Source of the DNA: Bacilli bacterium
GTDB lineage: Bacteria; Bacillota_I; Bacilli_A; JBKEDG01
Assembly (NCBI GenBank): GCA_047975285.1
Contig: JBKEDG010000011.1
Coordinates: forward strand, 6,777 to 70,776
DNA: 64,000 nucleotides
Reading direction: 5' to 3'
Shown: positions 39,307 through 49,098 of the stretch, one piece after another
Position numbering within the stretch: the first letter of the stretch is position 1
Layout: each line of letters opens with the position of its first letter
Made by a program: the position numbers and the translations under genes
Notes under the pieces: model-generated
What the model was told of the DNA's origin: nothing
Databases searched by the model: none
Seen by the model: only the letters and a program-made list of their open reading frames with translations

Positions 39307-40172
39307 ATTACATGAAGGTAGGTTTTTTGTGTTGTTGTCATACTTGAATGACCTAATCTTCTAGCAACACTAGCAATTGTTACTCCTGCATATAAGAGTA
39401 ACGATGCGTGTGTATGTCTCAATCCGTGAATCGAAATTTCGGGTATATCTGCACTTCTACAAATTTTAAATAATCTATTATTAGGTGTTGAGTTAAAAAC
39501 TCTCCCTTGTACAAATATAGGCTTATCTTTTTCTTTGCCACTTACAAGTCTAGCAAACTGACTTACTGTCTGCCAATCAATTTGAATTTTTCTAATGGAT
39601 GACCTATTTTTTGTGGGTAAAAATCCTCCGTGTCCTTTATAATTCCAAGTTTTGCTAACAGATACAGTTTGGTGAGTAAAATCAAAATCATCGGGTGTTA
39701 ATGCTAATGCTTCTGAGAATCTCATGCCAGTTTTTGCTATAATTAGAATTAACCAATCCCAATTTATTTCATCTGTTAGATTTAGATTTTTAACTAGTGA
39801 ATGTAACTCAAATTGGTTTAAATATTTCTGTTTTTTCTTTTTTGGAGGTCTGCCTTTTATAATCGCTTTTCTTGTTGGATCTCTTTCAATTAATCCGTCG
39901 TCTACAGCATCTAAAATACATGCTTTAAGATGATGATGAAAATCCATTGTGGTTTGTTTTTCGTGGAATTCGGCATATTTATTTATTATGTGTTGATAGG
40001 TTGTTCTATTAATTTCAAACAATTTCATATTAGGTACTATCTTATTTATCCATATTTCAGTCATTCTATATTTAGATAATGTTACATCTCTCACTGCTCC
40101 TATTTTAAATATTTTTACCCATTGGTGGAAATATTTTGAAAAAGTATCTTTTTTTGTTATTAATTTTAACAT
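39246..40172 (-). CDS. Tyrosine site-specific recombinase (hsdS shufflon invertase)
   Basis: 308 aa. Catalytic R (TGMRFSEAL), HGLRHTHASLL and GHSSMTTTQKTYLH. It lies between the inverted hsdS repeats. Confidence 0.85.
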   Translation of the reverse strand: MLKLITKKDTFSKYFHQWVKIFKIGAVRDVTLSKYRMTEIWINKIVPNMKLFEINRTTYQHIINKYAEFHEKQTTMDFHHHLKACILDAVDDGLIERDPTRKAIIKGRPPKKKKQKYLNQFELHSLVKNLNLTDEINWDWLILIIAKTGMRFSEALALTPDDFDFTHQTVSVSKTWNYKGHGGFLPTKNRSSIRKIQIDWQTVSQFARLVSGKEKDKPIFVQGRVFNSTPNNRLFKICRSADIPEISIHGLRHTHASLLLYAGVTIASVARRLGHSSMTTTQKTYLHVIHELENQDTDLIIRSLSRLI

Positions 40173-40185
40173 TTTTTTCTCCTTC

Positions 40186-40710
40186 TTATAAATGCATACG
40201 CTGATGAAGGGTAATGAGATTGTCCAAGGTGTCGAATATCTGAATAATTTCTTTTTGTTCTTTCTCTGTCGGAATTAAAATCTTAATTTCTAAAAAATCA
40301 GATTCATGTATTCTCCATTGTCCATAAATGACACCTTGTCGATATCGTATCATCTTAGCAATAAAATCTTTACGAGTTGATAAAATTCCGATATATCTAC
40401 TCTCTAACTTACTCTTTGAGAAAAATATACTATATACTGGTGAAATCACAGCTTTTCCAGTCTTATTGAACCCTATTGATCCTGTTTCGAGATTATTTGA
40501 GCTATAGATAAAATCTCCATATTCCGTGACTTTGTATTTTTTCTGACTGCTTGTAACTAAGAAACTCCGATCATATCTGTCACCTTTGGGCGTAACCCCT
40601 AATCCCTGAACAAATGACATTAGTGGATATTCTTCATTCTCTGGGACTTGAGTATTTCTCTCTACCAATAAATCCCCCAACTCACACTGTTCCCAAGCGA
40701 AAGTATAGTA
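40186..40710 (-). other. Silent hsdS' half cassette (one TRD, no start codon or promoter)
   Basis: The minus-strand frame is open from just after a TGA (40713..40711). It reads ..FAWEQCELGDLLVERN...TRD...LDNLITLHQRMHL-stop and is bounded by both inverted repeats. Confidence 0.85.
40192..40224 (-). repeat. 33-nt inverted repeat, right arm
   Basis: Reverse complement of 39205-39237 with one mismatch. Confidence 0.9.
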
Positions 40711-40824
40711 TCAGTCAATAACATAAAATTGTTTTAAATTATTTGAAGAACATAAAAAGTTGAACTGTAATCTTTAAATTATAAGTGTCCGTATGTATTA
40801 CACACGGTTATTTTAAATCAGTAA

Positions 40825-40853
40825 TTGACATTTTGTTGTCAATGTACTATACT
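40825..40853 (+). promoter_or_regulatory. Sigma-A type promoter for the AbgT-family transporter gene, with a palindrome over the -35
   Basis: TTGACA, a 17-nt spacer, then TATACT. TTGACA-ttttgt-TGTCAA is a perfect 6-bp inverted repeat. Confidence 0.55.
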
Positions 40854-40897
40854 GTTTTTAGTGTGCTGTAGCACAAATATAAGGAGGAATTAGTTTG

Positions 40898-42400
40898 ATG
40901 GAGAAAACTAAGAAAATAGGTATTATTGAAAGAGTAGGCAGGTTCTTACCAGAATCTAACCTATTGTTCTTAATACTAATCGGGATTTTAATTGTAGTAA
41001 GTTATTTTTTGAGTGGAACTTACAACAAGGTTGGTAGTGATGAAACGTACGTAGTAGAGAATTTAATTTCTTTAGATGGGTTTAGATGGATACTTTACAA
41101 TATTATTAATAACTTTAGAGCATATCCACCACTTGGAATCGTAATTGTTGGTGTAATTGGTTTTGGGTTTGCTGAGAAAGTGGGTTTACTTGGAACTTTG
41201 ATTAAAAAAGTTGGGCATTCTACACCTGAGTCATTCATTTTACCAGTTATTGTATTTATTGGTATCAACTCATCAGTGGCTAGTGATGCGGGGTATATTG
41301 TATTAATTCCACTTGCTGGAGCACTTTATGCTGGACTTGGAAGAAATCCTTTAGTTGGTATTGCTGCGGCCTTTGCAGCGGTTTCTGCTGGATTTGGAGC
41401 GGCACTTATTCCAACACCAGGAGATGGATTACTTGGAGAAATTACGGTTAGAGTTGCTGAAGGTGCAGGGATTCCTGTTAAATATGGTGAAGTTACAATG
41501 AACTATATCTTTATGATTGCTTCCACATTCTTCTTAACTGCTTTAATTACAATTATTACTAAAGTATTCATAGAAAAACGTGCTTCTCACCATGAGATTA
41601 TTTTACCAGATGAAGATAAGATTGAAATTGGGGAACTAAATAATGAAGAAAAGAAAGGGCTTAAAAATGCTTTTATTGCTTTATTAATTGTTGTTGCTAC
41701 AATATTAGTTTTATACTTTACTGGACCACTTAAAAACTATACTGTTGAATTAGAAACTGGTGGAGAAAAGTTAATGAAGCCAATTTTAGATAATATTATA
41801 ATTATAATGATTGCTTTATTTTTATTCCCATCTATTGCTTATGGTAGAAGTGTTAAGAAAATTACTAATGGTAAAGAGTATATTCAAGTTACAACTACTG
41901 CAATGAAAGATATGGCATACATTATGGTATTTGCAATTTTTGCTGGAAACTTTTTATCAATATTTAATCATTCAGGTTTAGCTCAATATATTGCAAATCA
42001 CGGAGCTCAACTTTTAATTGATTTAAATATACAAAATGATATTCTATTACTAATTGCGTTTATTGCAATCTGTGCTGTTGTAAACTTATTTATGGGAAGT
42101 GCTAGTGCTAAATGGACATTGCTTGCCCCAATTTTCGTTGTTATGTTAAATACTACTTCTAAGTCACTTAGTCCTGAAATTGTGCAAGCTGCTTATCGTG
42201 TGGCTGATTCTTCTACAAATATTATTTCACCATTGATGACATATATGGGAGTAATTTTAATTACTGCAAAGAAGTTTGCTCCTAAGTTTGAGGTTGGAGA
42301 TTTAATGGCAATGATGATGCCTTATTCAATGGCTATATTTATAGGATGGTCACTGTTCTTTGCAATTTGGATGGCTCTTGGAATTCCATTTGGAGTATAA
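40898..42400 (+). CDS. AbgT family (p-aminobenzoyl-glutamate type) transporter
   Basis: ATG follows aaggagga. About 500 aa with ~12 TM helices and an N-terminal IERVGRFLPESNLLF typical of AbgT. Confidence 0.75.
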   Translation: MEKTKKIGIIERVGRFLPESNLLFLILIGILIVVSYFLSGTYNKVGSDETYVVENLISLDGFRWILYNIINNFRAYPPLGIVIVGVIGFGFAEKVGLLGTLIKKVGHSTPESFILPVIVFIGINSSVASDAGYIVLIPLAGALYAGLGRNPLVGIAAAFAAVSAGFGAALIPTPGDGLLGEITVRVAEGAGIPVKYGEVTMNYIFMIASTFFLTALITIITKVFIEKRASHHEIILPDEDKIEIGELNNEEKKGLKNAFIALLIVVATILVLYFTGPLKNYTVELETGGEKLMKPILDNIIIIMIALFLFPSIAYGRSVKKITNGKEYIQVTTTAMKDMAYIMVFAIFAGNFLSIFNHSGLAQYIANHGAQLLIDLNIQNDILLLIAFIAICAVVNLFMGSASAKWTLLAPIFVVMLNTTSKSLSPEIVQAAYRVADSSTNIISPLMTYMGVILITAKKFAPKFEVGDLMAMMMPYSMAIFIGWSLFFAIWMALGIPFGV

Positions 42401-42433
42401 ATGAATAATTTCAATGTTTTATTATATAAATTA

Positions 42434-42462
42434 TTGACACGTTGATGTAAATACAGTATAAT
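42434..42462 (+). promoter_or_regulatory. Consensus sigma-A promoter of rplM-rpsI
   Basis: TTGACA, a 17-nt spacer, then TATAAT. Confidence 0.75.
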
Positions 42463-42537
42463 ATACTATGTGGAAAATTCCTTTTTCAAAACAATGGCCC
42501 CGGAAACCATGTTTAGGATTAAATTAGGAGAAGAATT
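42463..42537 (+). promoter_or_regulatory. Possible ribosomal protein L13 leader (autoregulatory 5' UTR)
   Basis: 75-nt leader containing an unusually GC-rich ggccccggaaacc segment. Its position matches the Firmicutes L13 leader. The structure was not verified. Confidence 0.35.
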
Positions 42538-42966
42538 ATGAAGACATATATGGCTAAGCCAAGCGAAATTGAAAGAAAATGGTATATAGTTGATGCTAAG
42601 GATAAAACCTTAGGTAGAATATCAACTGAGATTGCAATGATATTAATGGGTAAAAATAAGCCTACGTATACACCGCATATTGATACTGGTGATAATGTTA
42701 TTGTTGTTAATTGTGAACAAGTAGTGCTAACTAAAGATAAATGGGAAAAGAAAAAGTATTATCGTCACAGTGGATTTGCTGGTGGGTTAAAGGTTAGAAC
42801 TGCAAGTGAAATGAGAGATAAGTTCCCTGAGAGAATTATTGAGGAATCAGTTAAGGGAATGTTACCTAAAGGTAAATTAGGTAGAGCAATGTATAAGAAA
42901 TTATTTGTGTACGCTGGAAGTGAGCATCCTCATGCTGCTCAAAAGCCAGAAGTGCTAGAGTTTTAG
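42538..42966 (+). CDS. rplM: 50S ribosomal protein L13
   Basis: [27 protein letters not shown]... Confidence 0.95.
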   Translation: MKTYMAKPSEIERKWYIVDAKDKTLGRISTEIAMILMGKNKPTYTPHIDTGDNVIVVNCEQVVLTKDKWEKKKYYRHSGFAGGLKVRTASEMRDKFPERIIEESVKGMLPKGKLGRAMYKKLFVYAGSEHPHAAQKPEVLEF

Positions 42967-42977
42967 GAGGTGTAGAT

Positions 42978-43364
42978 ATGTCAGTTATTCAAGCTACAGG
43001 AAGACGTAAGCAATCAGTTGCACGTGTTAGAATGACAGGTGGAAGTGGTAAAGTTATAGTTAATGGTGTGGATATTAAAGATTATTTACCGTTTGAAACT
43101 TTAGTTATGGATGTCATGCAACCGTTTACAATTACAGAAACAGTGGGTAAATTTGATATCACTGTTAATGTAAAAGGCGGAGGATTTACTGGACAAGCTG
43201 GTGCAATTCGTTTGGGAATAGCACGTGCTTTAATTATTGAAGATCCAGATCTTAGAAGTTCTCTTAAGTCATCAGGAATGTTAACAAGAGATGCAAGAGT
43301 TAAAGAACGTAAGAAATATGGACTTAAAAAAGCGAGAAGAGCTCCACAGTTTTCAAAACGTTAA
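42978..43364 (+). CDS. rpsI: 30S ribosomal protein S9
   Basis: ...[14 protein letters not shown]...[19 protein letters not shown]...[18 protein letters not shown]. Confidence 0.95.
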   Translation: MSVIQATGRRKQSVARVRMTGGSGKVIVNGVDIKDYLPFETLVMDVMQPFTITETVGKFDITVNVKGGGFTGQAGAIRLGIARALIIEDPDLRSSLKSSGMLTRDARVKERKKYGLKKARRAPQFSKR

Positions 43365-43376
43365 GATTTATCAATG

Positions 43377-43399
43377 GGAAGGTATTTACCTTCCTTTTT
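43377..43399 (+). terminator. Rho-independent terminator after rpsI
   Basis: Stem ggaaggt/accttcc with loop attt, followed by T5. Confidence 0.75.
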
Positions 43400-43420
43400 G
43401 TTATATGGATAGGAGGAAGT

Positions 43421-45286
43421 ATGGACTTAAGTATGTTAAAAGGCGTTGGGGTGAAGAAAAAAGAGAGCCTTGCATTAATTGGAATAACTAGTGTTGAGCA
43501 ATTACTCCATTACTATCCATATAAAGTTAATTTTTATGATTATACTAATCTTTATGAAAAAAAAGTGATTATTAAGGTTAAAGTTGTAAATAAGTCTAAT
43601 GTTAGGTATATTAGAAATAACTTAAAGATGTTTAGTTTTAGTGGGTTGTATCAAGGCAGTGAATTGAAATTTACTGTGTTTAATCAAATTTTTTTACATA
43701 AGTATATAATAGTAGGTACAGAAGTTAGTGTTATTTGTAGTATGTTTAAAAATAATTTTACTGTTGAAAGAATTATTTTTGATAATAAAATTCCGTTTGT
43801 TGATGTTAAATATCGTAGTAAAAAAGGAATAAAAAGTGATGAAGTTAAAAGACTAATTATGCAATCCCTAATTGATTATCACTATTTGCTGGATAATTTA
43901 TTGGATAATAAATTAATGAATAAGTATAAATTATTAGATATAAAAGAAGCGGTGTATTTGATACATAAACCACTTACTGTAACAGACTACAATAATGCAG
44001 TTAGAACTTTAAAGTATTATGAAGCATATAATTTTATGTCGTTTTTAAAAGAAAATCGTACAAGTAATTTAGAATATGATTTTAGTTACGTTGAACTTGA
44101 AAATAATCGAAAGTTTGTTGATAATTTACCATACGAATTGACTATTTCTCAACAAGAAGTTGTTAATGATATCTACGATGATATCAACAGATCATTAAGG
44201 ATTAGAAGACTAATTCATGGAGATGTTGGTTGTGGTAAGACAATTATAAGTATTATTTGTGCACAAATGTTTACAGCACAATCAAGACAAGTTGCAATTT
44301 TATGTCCGACTCAAATTTTGGCTAAACAAATGTTTGAAAATTATGCTAAATATTTGGGTGGAGGATTACTATTTGATAATGGATTAAAAAAACAGGAGCG
44401 TGAATCAGCTTTGCAACAGATTGCAAATAACGAAGTTAGTTTCGTTGTTGGTACACACTCAATTTTAAATGATAATATTAAATTTTACAATTTAGCATTG
44501 ATTGTAATTGACGAACAGCATAAGTTTGGTGTTGAGCAAAGAGAAAAGCTTATAAGGAAACAGGAGGATACAAATGTAATTTTAATGAGTGCTACTCCAA
44601 TACCAAGAACAATGGGATTGGTACTATTTGACAATTTGAATTTAAGTCCGATTAAAACTTTACCAAGAAATAGAAAATCAGTGGAAACTATCTACGATGA
44701 TAAATTAACAAGTGAAATTATAACAGATATTAGAAATGAAATAATTAAAGGTAATCTTGTATATGCAGTTGCACCTATGATAGATGAAAGTGAAAATAGT
44801 AATTATAGTGTAGAAAAGATTTATGCAGAGTATACAAAATTGTTTGGTAAAAAAGATATTGGAGTGTTACATGGTAAGTTAAGTTCAGATGAACAAGAAA
44901 ATATTATTAAAGAATTTAAAGGAGGAAAAAAGAAAATATTGATTTGTACAACTATTATAGAAGTTGGTGTTGATATCCCAAATGCAAGTAGAATTTTAAT
45001 TCATGGAGCTTCTAGATTTGGACTTGCGACACTTCACCAATTACGTGGAAGAGTAGGTAGAAGTGAAATTAATGCTAAATGTTATATTATTGATAACACT
45101 TTAACAGAAAGGTTAGAAATAATTGTGAAAAGTAGGGATGGATTTGAAATTAGTGAAGCAGATTTTCAACTTCGCGGACCAGGTAATTTAGCAGGGAACG
45201 TCCAAAGTGGATACGATGGGTTTAAACTAATTGACGTTTTTTCAGATATAAATATCCTTAAAGCAGCTAAAGATGATGTTATGTAA
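43421..45286 (+). CDS. recG: ATP-dependent DNA helicase RecG
   Basis: ATG follows taggaggaag. Wedge domain plus SF2 motifs (GDVGCGKT, VIDEQHKFGV, MSATPIPRT, TTIIEVGVDIPNAS, QLRGRVGR). Confidence 0.9.
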   Translation: MDLSMLKGVGVKKKESLALIGITSVEQLLHYYPYKVNFYDYTNLYEKKVIIKVKVVNKSNVRYIRNNLKMFSFSGLYQGSELKFTVFNQIFLHKYIIVGTEVSVICSMFKNNFTVERIIFDNKIPFVDVKYRSKKGIKSDEVKRLIMQSLIDYHYLLDNLLDNKLMNKYKLLDIKEAVYLIHKPLTVTDYNNAVRTLKYYEAYNFMSFLKENRTSNLEYDFSYVELENNRKFVDNLPYELTISQQEVVNDIYDDINRSLRIRRLIHGDVGCGKTIISIICAQMFTAQSRQVAILCPTQILAKQMFENYAKYLGGGLLFDNGLKKQERESALQQIANNEVSFVVGTHSILNDNIKFYNLALIVIDEQHKFGVEQREKLIRKQEDTNVILMSATPIPRTMGLVLFDNLNLSPIKTLPRNRKSVETIYDDKLTSEIITDIRNEIIKGNLVYAVAPMIDESENSNYSVEKIYAEYTKLFGKKDIGVLHGKLSSDEQENIIKEFKGGKKKILICTTIIEVGVDIPNASRILIHGASRFGLATLHQLRGRVGRSEINAKCYIIDNTLTERLEIIVKSRDGFEISEADFQLRGPGNLAGNVQSGYDGFKLIDVFSDINILKAAKDDVM

Positions 45287-45319
45287 TATCGGGGGAATAG
45301 ATGTTTTATCCTGCTTTAG

Positions 45320-45348
45320 TTGACAGTACAATCTATCTATGATAATAT
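45320..45348 (+). promoter_or_regulatory. Promoter of the cobalamin operon
   Basis: TTGACA, a 17-nt spacer, then TAATAT. Confidence 0.6.
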
Positions 45349-45359
45349 ATAAAATATAA

Positions 45360-45580
45360 TTGAAGAATATATATAATTAAGCACACTAAGTGTAGGAAAT
45401 TGGGTTAGATTCCCATACAGAGCCGCTACTGTAATGCAAGCAATTGTTAGTCAGACACGTTTTATATATTTTGTTGATTAGATCTTCGAGCATAAGATTT
45501 ACAACTTTTATCACATATACTGTTACTATACTTTATAGAATAAAACTGTAAATCACTTGTAGATTTGCAGTTTTATTTAT
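45360..45580 (+). promoter_or_regulatory. Cobalamin (B12) riboswitch with terminator expression platform
   Basis: Core aggaaattgggttagattcccatacagagccgctactgtaatgc matches the GGAA..GGT.A.ATTCC..ACAG.GCC.C.ACTGTAA pattern. A terminator hairpin ctgtaaatc/gatttgcag + T run lies at 45546-45578. It is immediately upstream of cbiK. Confidence 0.75.
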
Positions 45581-45595
45581 TTAGAAAGGTGTGAT

Positions 45596-46369
45596 TTGGT
45601 GAGTGATAAAGCAATACTTGTTGTTAGTTTTGGAAGTACCTACAAAACTACGAGAGAGAAAACAATTGATTTAATTGAAAAAAAGATTAAGGAAGAGTTT
45701 GTTGATTATGCGGTTTATGGTGCATATACTAGTAAGGTCATCATTGATATTTTGAAAAAAAGGGACCAACTAGAAATTATGACCGTTAATGAAGCATTAG
45801 AGAAATTGTTAAATGATGGGATTAGAGATGTTATAGTTTTGCCTACACTAATGTTAAATGGAATAGAATTTGATAAAATTCAAAAAGAAGTTAATAAGTT
45901 TAAGCATCTATTTAATAAGTTAGTGCTTAAGCAAGCCCTCCTTTCTTCTACTGATGATTGCAAAAATGTTACTACTAGTATAATAGAAAATAATAAAGTG
46001 GATAATGATGAAGCAGTTGTGTTTATGGGACATGGTAGTTATCACCACACTAATAGTACTTATGCTTTGATTGATTATATGTTAAAGGAGCAAAAATATG
46101 ATAATTACTATATGGCTACAGTTGAAGCTTATCCCAATATTACTAACATTATTGAAACTTTAAAGTTTAAAAAATATAAAAAAATCGTGTTAGTACCCTT
46201 TATGATTGTTTGTGGGGACCATGCGATAAATGATATGGCATCAAGTAGTAATGAATCGTGGAAAAGTATTTTAGAAAAATCAGGTTTTTTGGTTGAATGT
46301 GTAATGAAAGGGCTTGGGGAAAGTGACGAGATAAGACAAATTTTTATCGACCGTATTAAAAATGATTAA
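45596..46369 (+). CDS. cbiK: Sirohydrochlorin cobaltochelatase CbiK
   Basis: 257 aa, with ILVVSFGSTY, VFMGHGSYHH and VPFMIVCGDHA. Confidence 0.8.
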   Translation: MVSDKAILVVSFGSTYKTTREKTIDLIEKKIKEEFVDYAVYGAYTSKVIIDILKKRDQLEIMTVNEALEKLLNDGIRDVIVLPTLMLNGIEFDKIQKEVNKFKHLFNKLVLKQALLSSTDDCKNVTTSIIENNKVDNDEAVVFMGHGSYHHTNSTYALIDYMLKEQKYDNYYMATVEAYPNITNIIETLKFKKYKKIVLVPFMIVCGDHAINDMASSSNESWKSILEKSGFLVECVMKGLGESDEIRQIFIDRIKND

Positions 46370-47333
46370 CGGAAATATTGTAATCAATTATTTTATGATT
46401 ATTCTAGCATTAATAATTGACTGTATAATAGGAGACCCGCAATTTGTTTTCCATCCTATTAGATTAATTGGTAAATTAGTACAGATATTTTTAAAGATTT
46501 ATGATAAATTTAAGATAAAAAGTTATGTAGGTAAGTTTGTATATGGAGTTTTAATGACAATAATTGTTATAGTAGTTTCATTTGTTTTTACAAATTTACT
46601 AGTCAGATACGCTTATAAAATTAGTGATAACTTAGGGTTTTTAGTTCAAGTTATATTATCCTACTTTATTATTGCACCTAAATCACTTTACAGTGAAAGT
46701 ATGAAAGTTTATCAGAGCCTTCGCTCAAATGATCTTAGTAGGGCAAGAATAAATCTTTCGTATATAGTTGGAAGAGATACAAGCAATCTTAGTGATAAAG
46801 GTATTATTGCTGCTTGTGTTGAAACTATCTCAGAGAATTTATCAGATGGAGTAATCGCACCACTTTTATTTATTTTAATTGGAGGAGTTCCGCTAGGAAT
46901 GGCTTATAAAGCGGTTAATACACTTGATTCTATGGTAGGTTATAGAAATGATCGGTTTGAGTATTTAGGTAAGTTTGCTGCTAGAGTTGATGATGTTGTA
47001 AATTTTATACCAAGTAGAATGTCAGCAGTTATTATGATATTTGCCTCGGTTTTTATGAGACTTAATTATACTAATGCTATTAAAGTTTTTTTAAGGGATC
47101 GATTTAATCATAATAGTATAAATTCAGCTCAAACTGAATCTGTTTGTGCTGGGGCGCTTGGACTAGTTCTTGGGGGAACTAGTTATTACAATGGTATTAA
47201 AGTTATAAAACCGACGATTGGAAATGAAATTAATAAGCCTAATGTTAAGCACATTATTTTAGCAAACAAACTAATGTATGCTTGCGTGTTAATTTTTATT
47301 ATAGTTTTAACCTTAATATATACTTTAAAGTAG
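46362..47333 (+). CDS. cbiB: Adenosylcobinamide-phosphate synthase CbiB
   Basis: Membrane protein with HPIRLIGK, YIVGRDTSNL and GYRNDRF..LGKFAARVDD. Confidence 0.8.
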   Translation: MINGNIVINYFMIILALIIDCIIGDPQFVFHPIRLIGKLVQIFLKIYDKFKIKSYVGKFVYGVLMTIIVIVVSFVFTNLLVRYAYKISDNLGFLVQVILSYFIIAPKSLYSESMKVYQSLRSNDLSRARINLSYIVGRDTSNLSDKGIIAACVETISENLSDGVIAPLLFILIGGVPLGMAYKAVNTLDSMVGYRNDRFEYLGKFAARVDDVVNFIPSRMSAVIMIFASVFMRLNYTNAIKVFLRDRFNHNSINSAQTESVCAGALGLVLGGTSYYNGIKVIKPTIGNEINKPNVKHIILANKLMYACVLIFIIVLTLIYTLK

Positions 47334-47346
47334 AGGTGAATTTTAA

Positions 47347-48408
47347 ATGTTTAAACTTAGAACAGGGATTACGACGGGTGCCTGTGCGACTGCAGCTGCT
47401 AAAGCCGGTGCGATGATGTTACTTGGTGGAGATGAAATTCCTACAGTTAAGATAAATGTTAAAGGTGGAGAATTGTTCATAGATATTGAAACATTTACAA
47501 AAAGAGCAGAAACAGTAGAAACTGCTGTTAGGAAATATGCAGGGGATGACCCTGATGTAACTGATCAAATTTTAATTGTAGCTAGTGTAAGAAAGTGTGA
47601 AAATGGAATTAAAGTCCGTGGTGGTAATGGAGTAGGAGTTGTTACTAAAAAAGGATTAAAAGTAGATGTTGGAAAGAGTGCGATTAATCCAGTTCCAATG
47701 GAAATGATTTTAAGTGAAGTGGATAAAGTTACTAAAAGCTTTCAATATAATGGTGGATTAGATATTATTATTAATGTACCAGATGGAGAGACTATTGCAA
47801 AAAAAACTTTGAATAGTCGTCTTGGAATTATTGGTGGGATATCAATTATTGGAACAACTGGGATTGTAAATCCAATGAGTAAGCAAGCATTAATTGATAC
47901 AATTAAAATGGAAATTGATGTTCTAATTGCTAATGGGTGCAGTGAAATATTAATAAATCCAGGTAATTATGGGTATTATTTTGCAAAAGATGTTTTAAAT
48001 GTAAGTGTTGATAATGCTGTAAAATGTTCTAATTATATTGGTAAAACTCTTGATTATGCCTATTATATGGGAGTAGAAAGAATTTTAGTTGTTGCTCATG
48101 CGGGTAAATTAATTAAATTAGCTGGTGGGATTATGAATACACATTCAAATGTTGCAGATTGTAGGATGGAAATAATTGCAGCCCACTGTGCAATTAATGG
48201 AATGAGTAGCTTGGTTATTAAGGAAATTATGCAATGTGTTACTGTTGATGAGGCTATTGAAATAATTAAACAATCGGATTTAGAGAAATTAATATGGAGT
48301 AGTATTGGAGACAAAATTAGTTACTACCTAAATCATAGAGTTCGAAACGATGTTGAAATAGAGTTTGTAATGTTCACTCATGAGCATGGCATCTTAGTTA
48401 GGAGATAA
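47347..48408 (+). CDS. cbiD: Cobalt-precorrin-5B (C1)-methyltransferase CbiD
   Basis: LRTGITTGACATAAAKAG N-terminus and GIIGGISIIGTTGIV. Confidence 0.85.
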   Translation: MFKLRTGITTGACATAAAKAGAMMLLGGDEIPTVKINVKGGELFIDIETFTKRAETVETAVRKYAGDDPDVTDQILIVASVRKCENGIKVRGGNGVGVVTKKGLKVDVGKSAINPVPMEMILSEVDKVTKSFQYNGGLDIIINVPDGETIAKKTLNSRLGIIGGISIIGTTGIVNPMSKQALIDTIKMEIDVLIANGCSEILINPGNYGYYFAKDVLNVSVDNAVKCSNYIGKTLDYAYYMGVERILVVAHAGKLIKLAGGIMNTHSNVADCRMEIIAAHCAINGMSSLVIKEIMQCVTVDEAIEIIKQSDLEKLIWSSIGDKISYYLNHRVRNDVEIEFVMFTHEHGILVRR

Positions 48409-48409
48409 T

Positions 48410-49096
48410 ATGAAAGGAAAATTATTTGGGATTGGCGTAGGGGCAGGAGAAGCAGATTTGTTAACAATTAGGGCTGTAAATACAATAAAAAAATGTGATG
48501 TGATTGCCGTGGTAGCAAATGGAGAAAGCAAATATGCATTCAATATTGTAAAAGAGTATTTAACAAATAAAGTTGTTCAAGAGTGTGAGTTTTCAATGAG
48601 TCCTAATTTGGATACAAGAATGGAAAGTCGCAAAAAAGTTTTTAAACAAATTCGTAAGCTATTAGATAATGGAAATGATGTCGGGTTTTTAACAATTGGC
48701 GATCCAACAATATATTCAACTTACATGTATGTACATAAAATGATTAATGATGTTGGATATGAGACTGAGATTATTAGTGGGATTCCTTCATTTATTGCAG
48801 CAGCAGGAAAGTTAAACATTTCTTTATGTGAAGGAGAAGAACAATTACATATTATTCCAGCATCAAAGATGAGTAGTGAACAGATAAAAACTATGATGGA
48901 ATTATCAGGGAATAAAGTCATTATGAAATCAGCACGAAATTTAGGAAACGTCGTGGAGAATTTGAAAGCAAGTGAAGATAATATATATGTTGTTAAAAAT
49001 TGCTGTTTAGAAGGTGAAGAGATTTATCAAAACTTGGGAACTATTGAAGATTTAGAAAAACTAGGGTACTTAACTATTGTATTAGTAAAGGAGTAG
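48410..49096 (+). CDS. cbiL: Cobalt-precorrin-2 C20-methyltransferase CbiL
   Basis: Tetrapyrrole methylase fold (KLFGIGVGAGEADLLTIRA, LTIGDPTIYSTY). The call also relies on its position in the operon. Confidence 0.7.
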   Translation: MKGKLFGIGVGAGEADLLTIRAVNTIKKCDVIAVVANGESKYAFNIVKEYLTNKVVQECEFSMSPNLDTRMESRKKVFKQIRKLLDNGNDVGFLTIGDPTIYSTYMYVHKMINDVGYETEIISGIPSFIAAAGKLNISLCEGEEQLHIIPASKMSSEQIKTMMELSGNKVIMKSARNLGNVVENLKASEDNIYVVKNCCLEGEEIYQNLGTIEDLEKLGYLTIVLVKE

Positions 49097-49098
49097 AT

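Noticed and set aside
39724-39933. Plus-strand 69-aa ORF within the recombinase gene. The same applies to minus-strand ORFs inside hsdR (36104..36451, 37070..37276), hsdS (38640..38969), cbiC (55003..55404) and other long genes.
   Set aside because: These are antisense shadow ORFs in AT-rich coding sequence, without SD sequences or motifs.
40825-40842. TTGACA-N6-TGTCAA palindrome upstream of the AbgT-family gene as a specific operator.
   Set aside because: It is only 6 bp per arm, in AT-rich DNA, and overlaps the -35 box. That is not enough evidence for a regulator site. It is noted within the promoter feature only.
43291-43491. 66-aa ORF spanning the rpsI 3' end, its terminator and the recG start.
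   Set aside because: It crosses a clear terminator hairpin and overlaps two strongly supported genes in other frames.
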